From: Eutreptiella sp. 'Long Island Sound 2002' | Taxonomy: Eukaryota; Protista; Euglenida | NCBI GenBank assembly: GCA_964036045.1 | Contig: OZ038378.1 | Span: 197,842,001-197,906,000, forward strand | DNA: 64,000 nucleotides | Direction: 5' to 3' | Shown: positions 14,024 to 26,100 of the stretch, piece after piece | How positions within the stretch are numbered: the first letter of the stretch is position 1 | How the letters are laid out: the number at the start of each line of letters is the position of its first letter | Translations under genes and position numbers: made by a program | The notes under the pieces: generated by a model | Seen by the model: only the letters and a program-made list of their open reading frames with translations | What the model was told of the DNA's origin: nothing | The model's database searches: none

Positions 14024-14143
14024 ATTCGTCGCCACGAATGGTTTCAAACCAAACTTCCGGCTTACCTTGCACTGTCCCCTGAAGAACAGCAGCAAGCAGA
14101 GGAAACAGTGAACGGGGAATTATTGCAGTACGTGGCAGCGAAG
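14024..14143 (+). CDS. SNF1: SNF1/AMPK alpha, exon 6 (end of kinase domain, start of UBA-like domain)
   Basis: Acceptor cacag; IRRHEWFQTKLPAYLALSP...VNGELLQYVAAK (40 codons); donor gtgcct at 14144. Confidence 0.9.
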
Positions 14144-17100
14144 GTGCCTCTTGTGCTCCCCCTTTCTTTTTAAGATCGGATCGATACCCGCAGGGCAGGG
14201 GGTCGGGCGGATGGGTGAAAACAGTCCGTGTACCCACAATCGGCCGGGTTCCATCCCCTTCCCACACCCAACCACCATCCGCCCCCGTTGCTCAGCAGTG
14301 GTTTGAGTGCAATGTGTTGAGGAGTGCAAAATTGGACCACAAATTTAAGGAAAAACATGTTGTTCCGAAATTGAAACACAAGAAACTGCTCGTACATAGC
14401 GATAGGAAGGTTTATCAATGCAGATACAAAGGATGTGGAATAGCTTGGTCAATTCTTGTACATGTATATATTTTTGCGTGCGACATTCAGTAGTGCTTGG
14501 GGACTGATGTCTCAATGTCTGTTATAACGCGGTGGCCCTTCCATGTTTGTAATCCGATACCTTCGTTACCACGTGCAAGGATGGTGATTCGTCTGATGTT
14601 GCTGAGCATCCCAGGAGAGACTGAGCCAGATCTGGGGTAAAGAGGAATTCCCAGAGGGTGTCCAAAGGGGTGTGCTTGATATGCAATGCCACCTCTTGCT
14701 GTTCTTGGTGACCTGGTGCTTTTGATGACCCCTAGAGAGAAACTGACATGTTGGACAATGCTGCAACTGTTCTATCTGTATGTGCAAGGAAGGTGATCGA
14801 TCCTTTGTCTGACATCTGATGTCATGTTACTTCTTTGCTGAGCAACCAAGGAGAGACTCCGTTAGATGTTGGTACATGAAAGAGGGGTTCCATTATGGTG
14901 TCCAAATGCAATGCCGCCTGTTGTGAACCGCAGACCATGGGTGGTGGCTGTGCATTATTGATGACCCACAACACTTGCGTTTCTTTTACACGTGGTGTTT
15001 CCTACACATTGATGCTGATTGTGATGTGGCATTTCTTTGCAGGAGTTGAAAAGTTGTTCAGTATTCTACTCTGCTGTATTTGACTTTTTTGCATTCACCA
15101 GCTCATGCTCAGTAGATTGGAGTGTGGTTCACGCTTGATTTGCAGCTGGTTTGCACTCTGCATGGTAGATGAGATATGTTTATGCTGTGTGCTTTGTGGC
15201 CTGGTGCTTTTGATGACCCCTGTAGAGAAACTAACATATTGGGCAATGCTGCAACTGTTCTATCTGTATGTGCAAGGAAGGTGATCGATCCTTTGTCTGA
15301 CATCTGATGTCATGTTACTTCTTTGCTGAGCAACCAAGGAGAGACTCCGTTAGATTTTGGCACATCAAAGAGGAGTTCTCTTATGGTGTCCAAATGCAGT
15401 GCCGCCTCTTATGAATCACAGACCATGGGTGGTGGCTGTGCATTATTGATGACCCACAACACTTGCATTTCTGTTACACGTGGTGTTTCCTACACATTGA
15501 TGCTGATTGTGATGTGGCATTTCTTTGCAGGAGTTGAAAAGTTGTTCAGTATTCTACTCTGCTTTATTTGACTTTTTTGCATTCACCAGCTAAAGATTGG
15601 AGTGTGGTTCACGCTTGATTTGTAGCTGATTTGCGCTCTGCATGGTAGATGAGATATGTTTATGCTGTGTGCTTTGTGGCCTGGTGCTTTTGATGACCAT
15701 TGGAGCGAAACTGACATGTTGGGCAATGCTGCAACTGTTCTATCTGTATGTGCAAGGAAGGTGATCGATCCTTTGTCTGACATCTGATGTCACATCACTA
15801 CTTGCTGAGCAACCAAGGAGAGACTATATTAGATTGTGGCACCTCAAAGGCGGGTTCCATTATGGTGTCCAAATGCAGTGCCGCCTCTCATGAATCACAG
15901 ACCATGGGTGGTGGCTGTGCATTATTGATGACCCACAACACTTGCATTTCTGTTGCACGTGGTGTTTCCTACACATTGATGCTGATTGTGATGTGGCATT
16001 TCTTTGCAAAAGTTGAATGTTTATTGTGTAGTATTTTACTCTGCTGTATTTGACTTTTTTGCATTCACCAGCTCATGCTCAGTAGATTGCAGTGTGGTTC
16101 ACGCTTGATTTGCAGCTGGTTTGCGCTCTGCATGGTAGATGAGATATGTTTATGCTGTGTGCTTTGTGGCCTGGTGCTTTTGATGACCATTGGAGCGAAA
16201 CTGACATGTTGGGCAATGCTGCAACTGTTCTATCTGTATGTGCAAGGAAGGTGATCGATCCTTTGTCTGACATCTGATGTCACATCACTACTTGCTGAGC
16301 AACCAAGGAGAGACTATATTAGATTGTGGCACCTCAAAGGCGGGTTCCATTATGGTGTCCAAATGCAGTGCCGCCTCTCATGAATCACAGACCATGGGTG
16401 GTGGCTGTGCATTATTGATGACCCACAACACTTGCATTTCTGTTGCACGTGGTGTTTCCTACACATTGATGCTGATTGTGATGTGGCATTTCTTTGCAAA
16501 AGTTGAATGTTTATTGTGTAGTATTTTACTCTGCTGTATTTGACTTTTTTGCATTCACCAGCTCATGCTCAGTAGATTGCAGTGTGGTTCACGCTTGATT
16601 TGCAGCTGGTTTGCGCTCTGCATGGTAGATGAGATATGTTTATGCTGTGTGCTTTGTGGCCTGGTGCTTTTGATGACCATTGGAGCGAAACTGACATGTT
16701 GGGCAATGCTGCAACTGTTCTATCTGTATGTGCAAGGAAGGTGATCGATCCTTTGTCTGACATCTGATGTCACATCACTACTTGCTGAGCAACCAAGGAG
16801 AGACTATATTAGATTGTGGCACCTCAAAGGCGGGTTCCATTATGGTGTCCAAATGCAGTGCCGCCTCTCATGAATCACAGACCATGGGTGGTGGCTGTGC
16901 ATTATTGATGACCCACAACACTTGCATTTCTGTTGCACGTGGTGTTTCCTACACATTGATGCTGATTGTGATGTGGCATTTCTTTGCAAAAGTTGAATGT
17001 TTATTGTGTAGTATTTTACTCTGCTGTATTTGACTTTTTTGCATTCACCAGCTCATGCTCAGTAGATTGGAGTGTGGTTCACGCTTGATTTGCAGCTGGT

Positions 17101-20100
17101 TTGCGCTCTGCATGGTAGATGAGATATGTTTATGCTGTGTGCTTTGTGGCCTGGTGCTTTTGATGACCATTGGAGCGAAACTGACATGTTGGGCAATGCT
17201 GCAACTGTTCTATTTGTATGTGCAAGGAAGGTGATCGATCCTTTGTCTGACATCTGATGTCACATCACTACTTGCTGAGCAACCAAGGAGAGACTATATT
17301 AGATTGTGGCACCTCAAAGGCGGGTTCCATTATGGTGTCCAAATGCAGTGCCGCCTCTCATGAATCACAGACCATGGGTGGTGGCTGTGCATTATTGATG
17401 ACCCACAACACTTGCATTTCTGTTGCACGTGGTGTTTCCTACACATTGATGCTGATTGTGATGTGGCATTTCTTTGCAAAAGTTGAATGTTTATTGTGTA
17501 GTATTTTACTCTGCTGTATTTGACTTTTTTGCATTCACCAGCTCATGCTCAGTAGATTGGAGTGTGGTTCACGCTTGATTTGCAGCTGGTTTGCGCTCTG
17601 CATGGTAGATGAGATATGTTTATGCTGTGTGCTTTGTGGCCTGGTGCTTTTGATGACCATTGGAGCGAAACTGACATGTTGGGCAATGCTGCAACTGTTC
17701 TATCTGTATGTGCAAGGAAGGTGATCGATCCTTTGTCTGACATCTGATGTCACATCACTACTTGCTGAGCAACCAAGGAGAGACTATATTAGATTGTGGC
17801 ACCTCAAAGGCGGGTTCCATTATGGTGTCCAAATGCAGTGCCGCCTCTCATGAATCACAGACCATGGGTGGTGGCTGTGCATTATTGATGACCCACAACA
17901 CTTGCATTTCTGTTGCACGTGGTGTTTCCTACACATTGATGCTGATTGTGATGTGGCATTTCTTTGCAAAAGTTGAATGTTTATTGTGTAGTATTTTACT
18001 CTGCTGTATTTGACTTTTTTGCATTCACCAGCTCATGCTCAGTAGATTGGAGTGTGGTTCACGCTTGATTTGCAGCTGGTTTGCGCTCTGCATGGTAGAT
18101 GAGATATGTTTATGCTGTGTGCTTTGTGGCCTGGTGCTTTTGATGACCCCTGGAGAGAAACTGACATGTTGGGCAATGCTGCAACTGTTCTATCTGTATG
18201 TGCAAGGAAGGTGATCGATCCTTTGTCTGACATCTGATGTCACATCACTGCTTGCTGAGCAACCAAGGAAAGACTATATTAGATTTTCGTATATGAAAGA
18301 CGGGTTCCATTGTGGTGTCCAAATGCAGTGCTGCCTCTTATGAATCACAGACCATGGGTGGTGGCTGTGCATTATTGATGACCCACAACACTTGCATTTC
18401 TGTTACACGTGGTGTTTCCTACACATTGATGCTGATTGTGATGTGGCATTTCTTTGCAAAAGTTGAATGTTTATTGTGTAGTATTTTACTCTGCTGTATT
18501 TGACTTTTTTGCATTCACCAGCTCATGCTCAGTAGATTGGAGTGTGGTTCACGCTTGATTTGCAGCTGGTTTGCGCTCTGCATGGTAGATGAGATATGTT
18601 TATGCTGTGTGCTTTGTGGCCTGGTGCTTTTGATGACCATTGGAGCGAAACTGACATGTAGGGCAATGCTGCAACTGTTCTATTTGTATGTGCAAGGAAG
18701 GTGATCGATCCTTTGTCTGACATCTGATGTCACATCACTACTTGCTGAGCAACCAAGGAGAGACTATATTAGATTGTGGCACCTCAAAGGCGGGTTCCAT
18801 TATGGTGTCCAAATGCAGTGCCGCCTCTCATGAATCACAGACCATGGGTGGTGGCTGTGCATTATTGATGACCCACAACACTTGCATTTCTGTTGCACGT
18901 GGTGTTTCCTACACATTGATGCTGATTGTGATGTGGCATTTCTTTGCAAAAGTTGAATGTTTATTGTGTAGTATTTTACTCTGCTGTATTTGACTTTTTT
19001 GCATTCACCAGCTCATGCTCAGTAGATTGGAGTGTGGTTCACGCTTGATTTGCAGCTGGTTTGCGCTCTGCATGGTAGATGAGATATGTTTATGCTGTGT
19101 GCTTTGTGGCCTGGTGCTTTTGATGACCCCTGGAGAGAAACTGACATGTTGGGCAATGCTGCAACTGTTCTATCTGTATGTGCAAGGAAGGTGATCGATC
19201 CTTTGTCTGACATCTGATGTCACATCACTGCTTGCTGAGCAACCAAGGAAAGACTATATTAGATTTTCGTATATGAAAGACGGGTTCCATTGTGGTGTCC
19301 AAATGCAGTGCTGCCTCTTATGAATCACAGACCATGGGTGGTGGCTGTGCATTATTGATGACCCACAACACTTGCATTTCTGTTACACGTGGTGTTTCCT
19401 ACACATTGATGCTGATTGTGATGTGGCATTTCTTTGCAAAAGTTGAATGTTTATTGTGTAGTATTTTACTCTGCTGTATTTGACTTTTTTGCATTCACCA
19501 GCTCATGCTCAGTAGATTGGAGTGTGGTTCACGCTTGATTTGCAGCTGGTTTGCGCTCTGCATGGTAGATGAGATATGTTTATGCTGTGTGCTTTGTGGC
19601 CTGGTGCTTTTGATGACCATTGGAGCGAAACTGACATGTAGGGCAATGCTGCAACTGTTCTATTTGTATGTGCAAGGAAGGTGATCGATCCTTTGTCTGA
19701 CATCTGATGTCACATCACTACTTGCTGAGCAACCAAGGAGAGACTATATTAGATTGTGGCACCTCAAAGGCGGGTTCCATTATGGTGTCCAAATGCAGTG
19801 CCGCCTCTTATGAGTCACAGACCATGGGTGGTGGCTGTGCATTATTGATGACCCACAACACTTGCATTTCTGTTGCACGTGGTGTTTCCTACACATTGAT
19901 GCTGATTGTGATGTGGCATTTCTTTGCAAAAGTTGAATGTTTATTGTGTAGTATTTTACTCTGCTGTATTTGACTTTTTTGCATTCACCAGCTCATGCTC
20001 AGTAGATTGCAGTGTGGTTCACGCTTGATTTGCAGCTGGTTTGCGCTCTGCATGGTAGATGAGATATGTTTATGCTGTGTGCTTTGTGGCCTGGTGCTTT

Positions 20101-23100
20101 TGATGACCATTGGAGCGAAACTGACATGTTGGGCAATGCTGCAACTGTTCTATCTGTATGTGCAAGGAAGGTGATCGATCCTTTGTCTGACATCTGATGT
20201 CACATCACTACTTGCTGAGCAACCAAGGAGAGACTATATTAGATTGTGGCACCTCAAAGGCGGGTTCCATTATGGTGTCCAAATGCAGTGCCGCCTCTCA
20301 TGAATCACAGACCATGGGTGGTGGCTGTGCATTATTGATGACCCACAACACTTGCGTTTCTGTTACACGTGGTGTTTCCTACACATTGATGCTGATTGTG
20401 ATGTGGCATTTCTTTGCAAAAGTTGAATGTTTATTGTGTAGTATTTTACTCTGCTGTATTTGACTTTTTTGCATTCACCAGCTCATGCTCAGTAGATTGG
20501 AGTGTGGTTCACGCTTGATTTGCAGCTGGTTTGCGCTCTGCATGGTAGATGAGATATGTTTATGCTGTGTGCTTTGTGGCCTGGTGCTTTTGATGACCAT
20601 TGGAGCGAAACTGACATGTAGGGCAATGCTGCAACTGTTCTATTTGTATGTGCAAGGAAGGTGATCGATCCTTTGTCTGACATCTGATGTCACATCACTA
20701 CTTGCTGAGCAACCAAGGAGAGACTATATTAGATTGTGGCACCTCAAAGGCGGGTTCCATTATGGTGTCCAAATGCAGTGCCGCCTCTCATGAATCACAG
20801 ACCATGGGTGGTGGCTGTGCATTATTGATGACCCACAACACTTGCATTTCTGTTGCACGTGGTGTTTCCTACACATTGATGCTGATTGTGATGTGGCATT
20901 TCTTTGCAAAAGTTGAATGTTTATTGTGTAGTATTTTACTCTGCTGTATTTGACTTTTTTGCATTCACCAGCTCATGCTCAGTAGATTGCAGTGTGGTTC
21001 ACGCTTGATTTGCAGCTGGTTTGCGCTCTGCATGGTAGATGAGATATGTTTATGCTGTGTGCTTTGTGGCCTGGTGCTTTTGATGACCATTGGAGCGAAA
21101 CTGACATGTTGGGCAATGCTGCAACTGTTCTATCTGTATGTGCAAGGAAGGTGATCGATCCTTTGTCTGACATCTGATGTCACATCACTACTTGCTGAGC
21201 AACCAAGGAGAGACTATATTAGATTGTGGCACCTCAAAGGCGGGTTCCATTATGGTGTCCAAATGCAGTGCCGCCTCTCATGAATCACAGACCATGGGTG
21301 GTGGCTGTGCATTATTGATGACCCACAACACTTGCATTTCTGTTACACGTGGTGTTTCCTACACATTGATGCTGATTGTGATGTGGCATTTCTTTGCAAA
21401 AGTTGAATGTTTATTGTGTAGTATTTTACTCTGCTGTATTTGACTTTTTTGCATTCACCAGCTCATGCTCAGTAGATTGGAGTGTGGTTCACGCTTGATT
21501 TGCAGCTGGTTTGCGCTCTGCATGGTAGATGAGATATGTTTATGCTGTGTGCTTTGTGGCCTGGTGCTTTTGATGACCCCTGGAGAGAAACTGACATGTT
21601 GGGCAATGCTGCAACTGTTCTATCTGTATGTGCAAGGAAGGTGATCGATCCTTTGTCTGACATCTGATGTCACATCACTGCTTGCTGAGCAACCAAGGAA
21701 AGACTATATTAGAAGACGTATATGAAAGAGGAGTTCCATTGTGGTGTCCAAATGCAGTGCTGCCTCTTATGAATCACAGACCATGGGTGGTGGCTGTGCA
21801 TTATTGATGACCCACAACACTTGCATTTCTGTTACACGTGGTGTTTCCTACACATTGATGCTGATTGTGATGTGGCATTTCTTTGCAAAAGTTGAATGTT
21901 TATTGTGTAGTATTTTACTCTGCTGTATTTGACTTTTTTGCATTCACCAGCTCATGCTCAGTAGATTGCAGTGTGGTTCACGCTTGATTTGCAGCTGGTT
22001 TGCGCTCTGCATGGTAGATGAGATATGTTTATGCTGTGTGCTTTGTGGCCTGGTGCTTTTGATGACCATTGGAGCGAAACTGACATGTAGGGCAATGCTG
22101 CAACTGTTCTATCTGTATGTGCAAGGAAGGTGATCGATCCTTTGTCTGACATCTGATGTCACATCACTACTTGCTGAGCAACCAAGGAGAGACTATATTA
22201 GATTGTGGCACCTCAAAGACGGGTTGCATTATGGTGTCCAAATGCAGTGCCGCCTCTTATGAATCACAGACCATGGGTGGTGGCTGTGCATTATTGATGA
22301 CCCACAACACTTGCATTTCTGTTACACGTGGTGTTTCCTACACATTGATGCTGATTGTGATGTGGCATTTCTTTGCAAAAGTTGAATGTTTATTGTGTAG
22401 TATTTTACTCTGCTGTATTTGACTTTTTTGCATTCACCAGCTCATGCTCAGTAGATTGGAGTGTGGTTCACGCTTGATTTGCAGCTGGTTTGCGCTCTGC
22501 ATGGTAGATGAGATATGTTTATGCTGTGTGCTTTGTGGCCTGGTGCTTTTGATGACCCCTGGAGAGAAACTGACATGTTGGGCAATGCTGCAACTGTTCT
22601 ATCTGTATGTGCAAGGAAGGTGATCGATCCTTTGTCTGACATCTGATGTCACATCACTGCTTGCTGAGCAACCAAGGAAAGACTATATTAGAAGACGTAT
22701 ATGAAAGAGGAGTTCTATTATGGTGTCCAAATGCAGTGCTGCCTCTTATGAATCACAGACCATGGGTGGTGGCTGTGCATTATTGATGACCCACAACACT
22801 TGCATTTCTGTTACACGTGGTGTTTCCTACACATTGATGCTGATTGTGATGTGGCATTTCTTTGCAAAAGTTGAATGTTTATTGTGTAGTATTGTACTCT
22901 GCTGTATTTGACTTTTTTGCATTCACCAGCTCATGCTCAGTAGATTGGAGTGTGGTTCACGCTTGATTTGCAGCTGGTTTGCGCTCTGCATGGTAGATGA
23001 GATATGTTTATGCTGTGTGCTTTGTGGCCTGGTGCTTTTGATGACCATTGGAGCGAAACTGACATGTAGGGAATGCTGCAACTGTTCTATCTGTATGTGC

Positions 23101-26100
23101 AAGGAAGGTGATCGATCCTTTGTCTGACATCTGATGTCACATCACTACTTGCTGAGCAACCAAGGAAAGACTATATTAGATTTTGGTATATCAAAGAGGG
23201 GTTCCATTATGGTGTCCAAATGCAGTGCCGCCTCTTATGAACCGGAGACCATGGGTGGTGGCTGTGCATTATTGATGACCCACAACACTTGCATTTCTGT
23301 TACACGTGGTGTTTCCTACACATTGATGCTGATTGTGATGTGGCATTTCTTTGCAAAAGTTGAATGTTTATTGTGTAGTATTTTACTCTGCTGTATTTGA
23401 CTTTTTTGCATTCACCAGCTCATGCTCAGTAGATTGGAGTGTGGTTCACGCTTGATTTGCAGCTGGTTTGCGCTCTGCATGGTAGATGAGATATGTTTAT
23501 GCTGTGTGCTTTGTGGCCTGGTGCTTTTGATGACCATTGGAGCGAAACTGACATGTAGGGCAATGCTGCAACTGTTCTATCTGTATGTGCAAGGAAGGTG
23601 ATCGATCCTTTGTCTGACATCTGATGTCACATCACTACTTGCTGAGCAACCAAGGAGAGACTATATTAGATTGTGGCACCTCAAAGACGGGTTCCATTAT
23701 GGTGTCCAAATGCAGTGCCGCCTCTTATGAATCACAGACCATGGGTGGTGGCTGTGCATTATTGATGACCCACAACACTTGCATTTCTGTTACACGTGGT
23801 GTTTCCTACACATTGATGCTGATTGTGATGTGGCATTTCTTTGCAAAAGTTGAATGTTTATTGTGTAGTATTTTACTCTGCTGTATTTGACTTTTTTGCA
23901 TTCACCAGCTCATGCTCAGTAGATTGGAGTGTGGTTCACGCTTGATTTGCAGCTGGTTTGCGCTCTGCATGGTAGATGAGATATGTTTATGCTGTGTGCT
24001 TTGTGGCCTGGTGCTTTTGATGACCATTGGAGCGAAACTGACATGTAGGGCAATGCTGCAACTGTTCTATCTGTATGTGCAAGGAAGGTGATCGATCCTT
24101 TGTCTGACATCTGATGTCACATCACTACTTGCTGAGCAACCAAGGAGAGACTATATTAGATTGTGGCACCTCAAAGACGGGTTCCATTATGGTGTCCAAA
24201 TGCAGTGCCGCCTCTTATGAATCACAGACCATGGGTGGTGGCTGTGCATTATTGATGACCCACAACACTTGCATTTCTGTTACACGTGGTGTTTCCTACA
24301 CATTGATGCTGATTGTGATGTGGCATTTCTTTGCAAAAGTTGAATGTTTATTGTGTAGTATTTGACTCTGCTGTATTTGACTTTTTTGCATTCACCAGCT
24401 CATGCTCAGTAGATTGGAGTGTGGTTCACGCTTGATTTGCAGCTGGTTTGCGCTCTGCATGGTAGATGAGATATGTTTATGCTGTGTGCTTTGTGGCCTG
24501 GTGCTTTTGATGACCCCTGGAGAGAAACTGACATGTTGGGCAATGCTGCAACTGTTCTATCTGTATGTGCAAGGAAGGTGATCGATCCTTTGTCTGACAT
24601 CTGATGTCACATCACTGCTTGCTGAGCAACCAAGGAAAGACTATATTAGAAGACGTATATGAAAGAGGAGTTCTATTATGGTGTCCAAATGCAGTGCTGC
24701 CTCTTATGAATCACAGACCATGGGTGGTGGCTGTGCATTATTGATGACCCACAACACTTGCATTTCTGTTACACGTGGTGTTTCCTACACATTGATGCTG
24801 ATTGTGATGTGGCATTTCTTTGCAAAAGTTGAATGTTTATTGTGTAGTATTTTACTCTGCTGTATTTGACTTTTTTGCATTCACCAGCTCATGCTCAGTA
24901 GATTGGAGTGTGGTTCACGCTTGATTTGCAGCTGGTTTGCGCTCTGCATGGTAGATGAGATATGTTTATGCTGTGTGCTTTGTGGCCTGGTGCTTTTGAT
25001 GACCCCTGGAGAGAAACTGACATGTTGGGCAATGCTGCAACTGTTCTATCTGTATGTGCAAGGAAGGTGATCGATCCTTTGTCTGACATCTGATGTCACA
25101 TCACTGCTTGCTGAGCAACCAAGGAAAGACTATATTAGAAGACGTATATGAAAGAGGAGTTCTATTATGGTGTCCAAATGCAGTGCTGCCTCTTATGAAT
25201 CACAGACCATGGGTGGTGGCTGTGCATTATTGATGACCCACAACACTTGCATTTCTGTTACACGTGGTGTTTCCTACACATTGATGCTGATTGTGATGTG
25301 GCATTTCTTTGCAAAAGTTGAATGTTTATTGTGTAGTATTTTACTCTGCTGTATTTGACTTTTTTGCATTCACCAGCTCATGCTCAGTAGATTGGAGTGT
25401 GGTTCACGCTTGATTTGCAGCTGGTTTGCGCTCTGCATGGTAGATGAGATATGTTTATGCTGTGTGCTTTGTGGCCTGGTGCTTTTGATGACCATTGGAG
25501 CGAAACTGACATGTAGGGCAATGCTGCAACTGTTCTATCTGTATGTGCAAGGAAGGTGATCGATCCTTTGTCTGACATCTGATGTCACATCACTACTTGC
25601 TGAGCAACCAAGGAAAGACTATATTAGATTTTGGTATATGAAAGAGGGGTTTCATTATGGTATCCAAATGCAGTGCCGCCTCTTATGAACCGCAGACCAT
25701 GGGTGGTGGCTGTGCATTATTGATGACCCACAACACCTGCATTTCTGTTACACGTGGTGTTTCCTACACATTGATGCTGATTGTGATGTGGCATTTCTTT
25801 GCAAAAGTTGAATGTTTATTGTGTAGTATTTTACTCTGCTGTATTTGACTTTTTTGCATTCACCAGCTCATGCTCAGTAGATTGGAGTGTGGTTCACGCT
25901 TGATTTGCAGCTGGTTTGCGCTCTGCATGGTAGATGAGATATGTTTATGCTGTGTGCTTTGTGGCCTGGTGCTTTTGATGACCATTGGAGCGAAACTGAC
26001 ATGTTGGGCAATGCTGCAACTGTTCTATCTGTATGTGCAAGGAAGGTGATCGATCCTTTGTCTGACATCTGATGTCACATCACTGCTTGCTGAGCAACCA

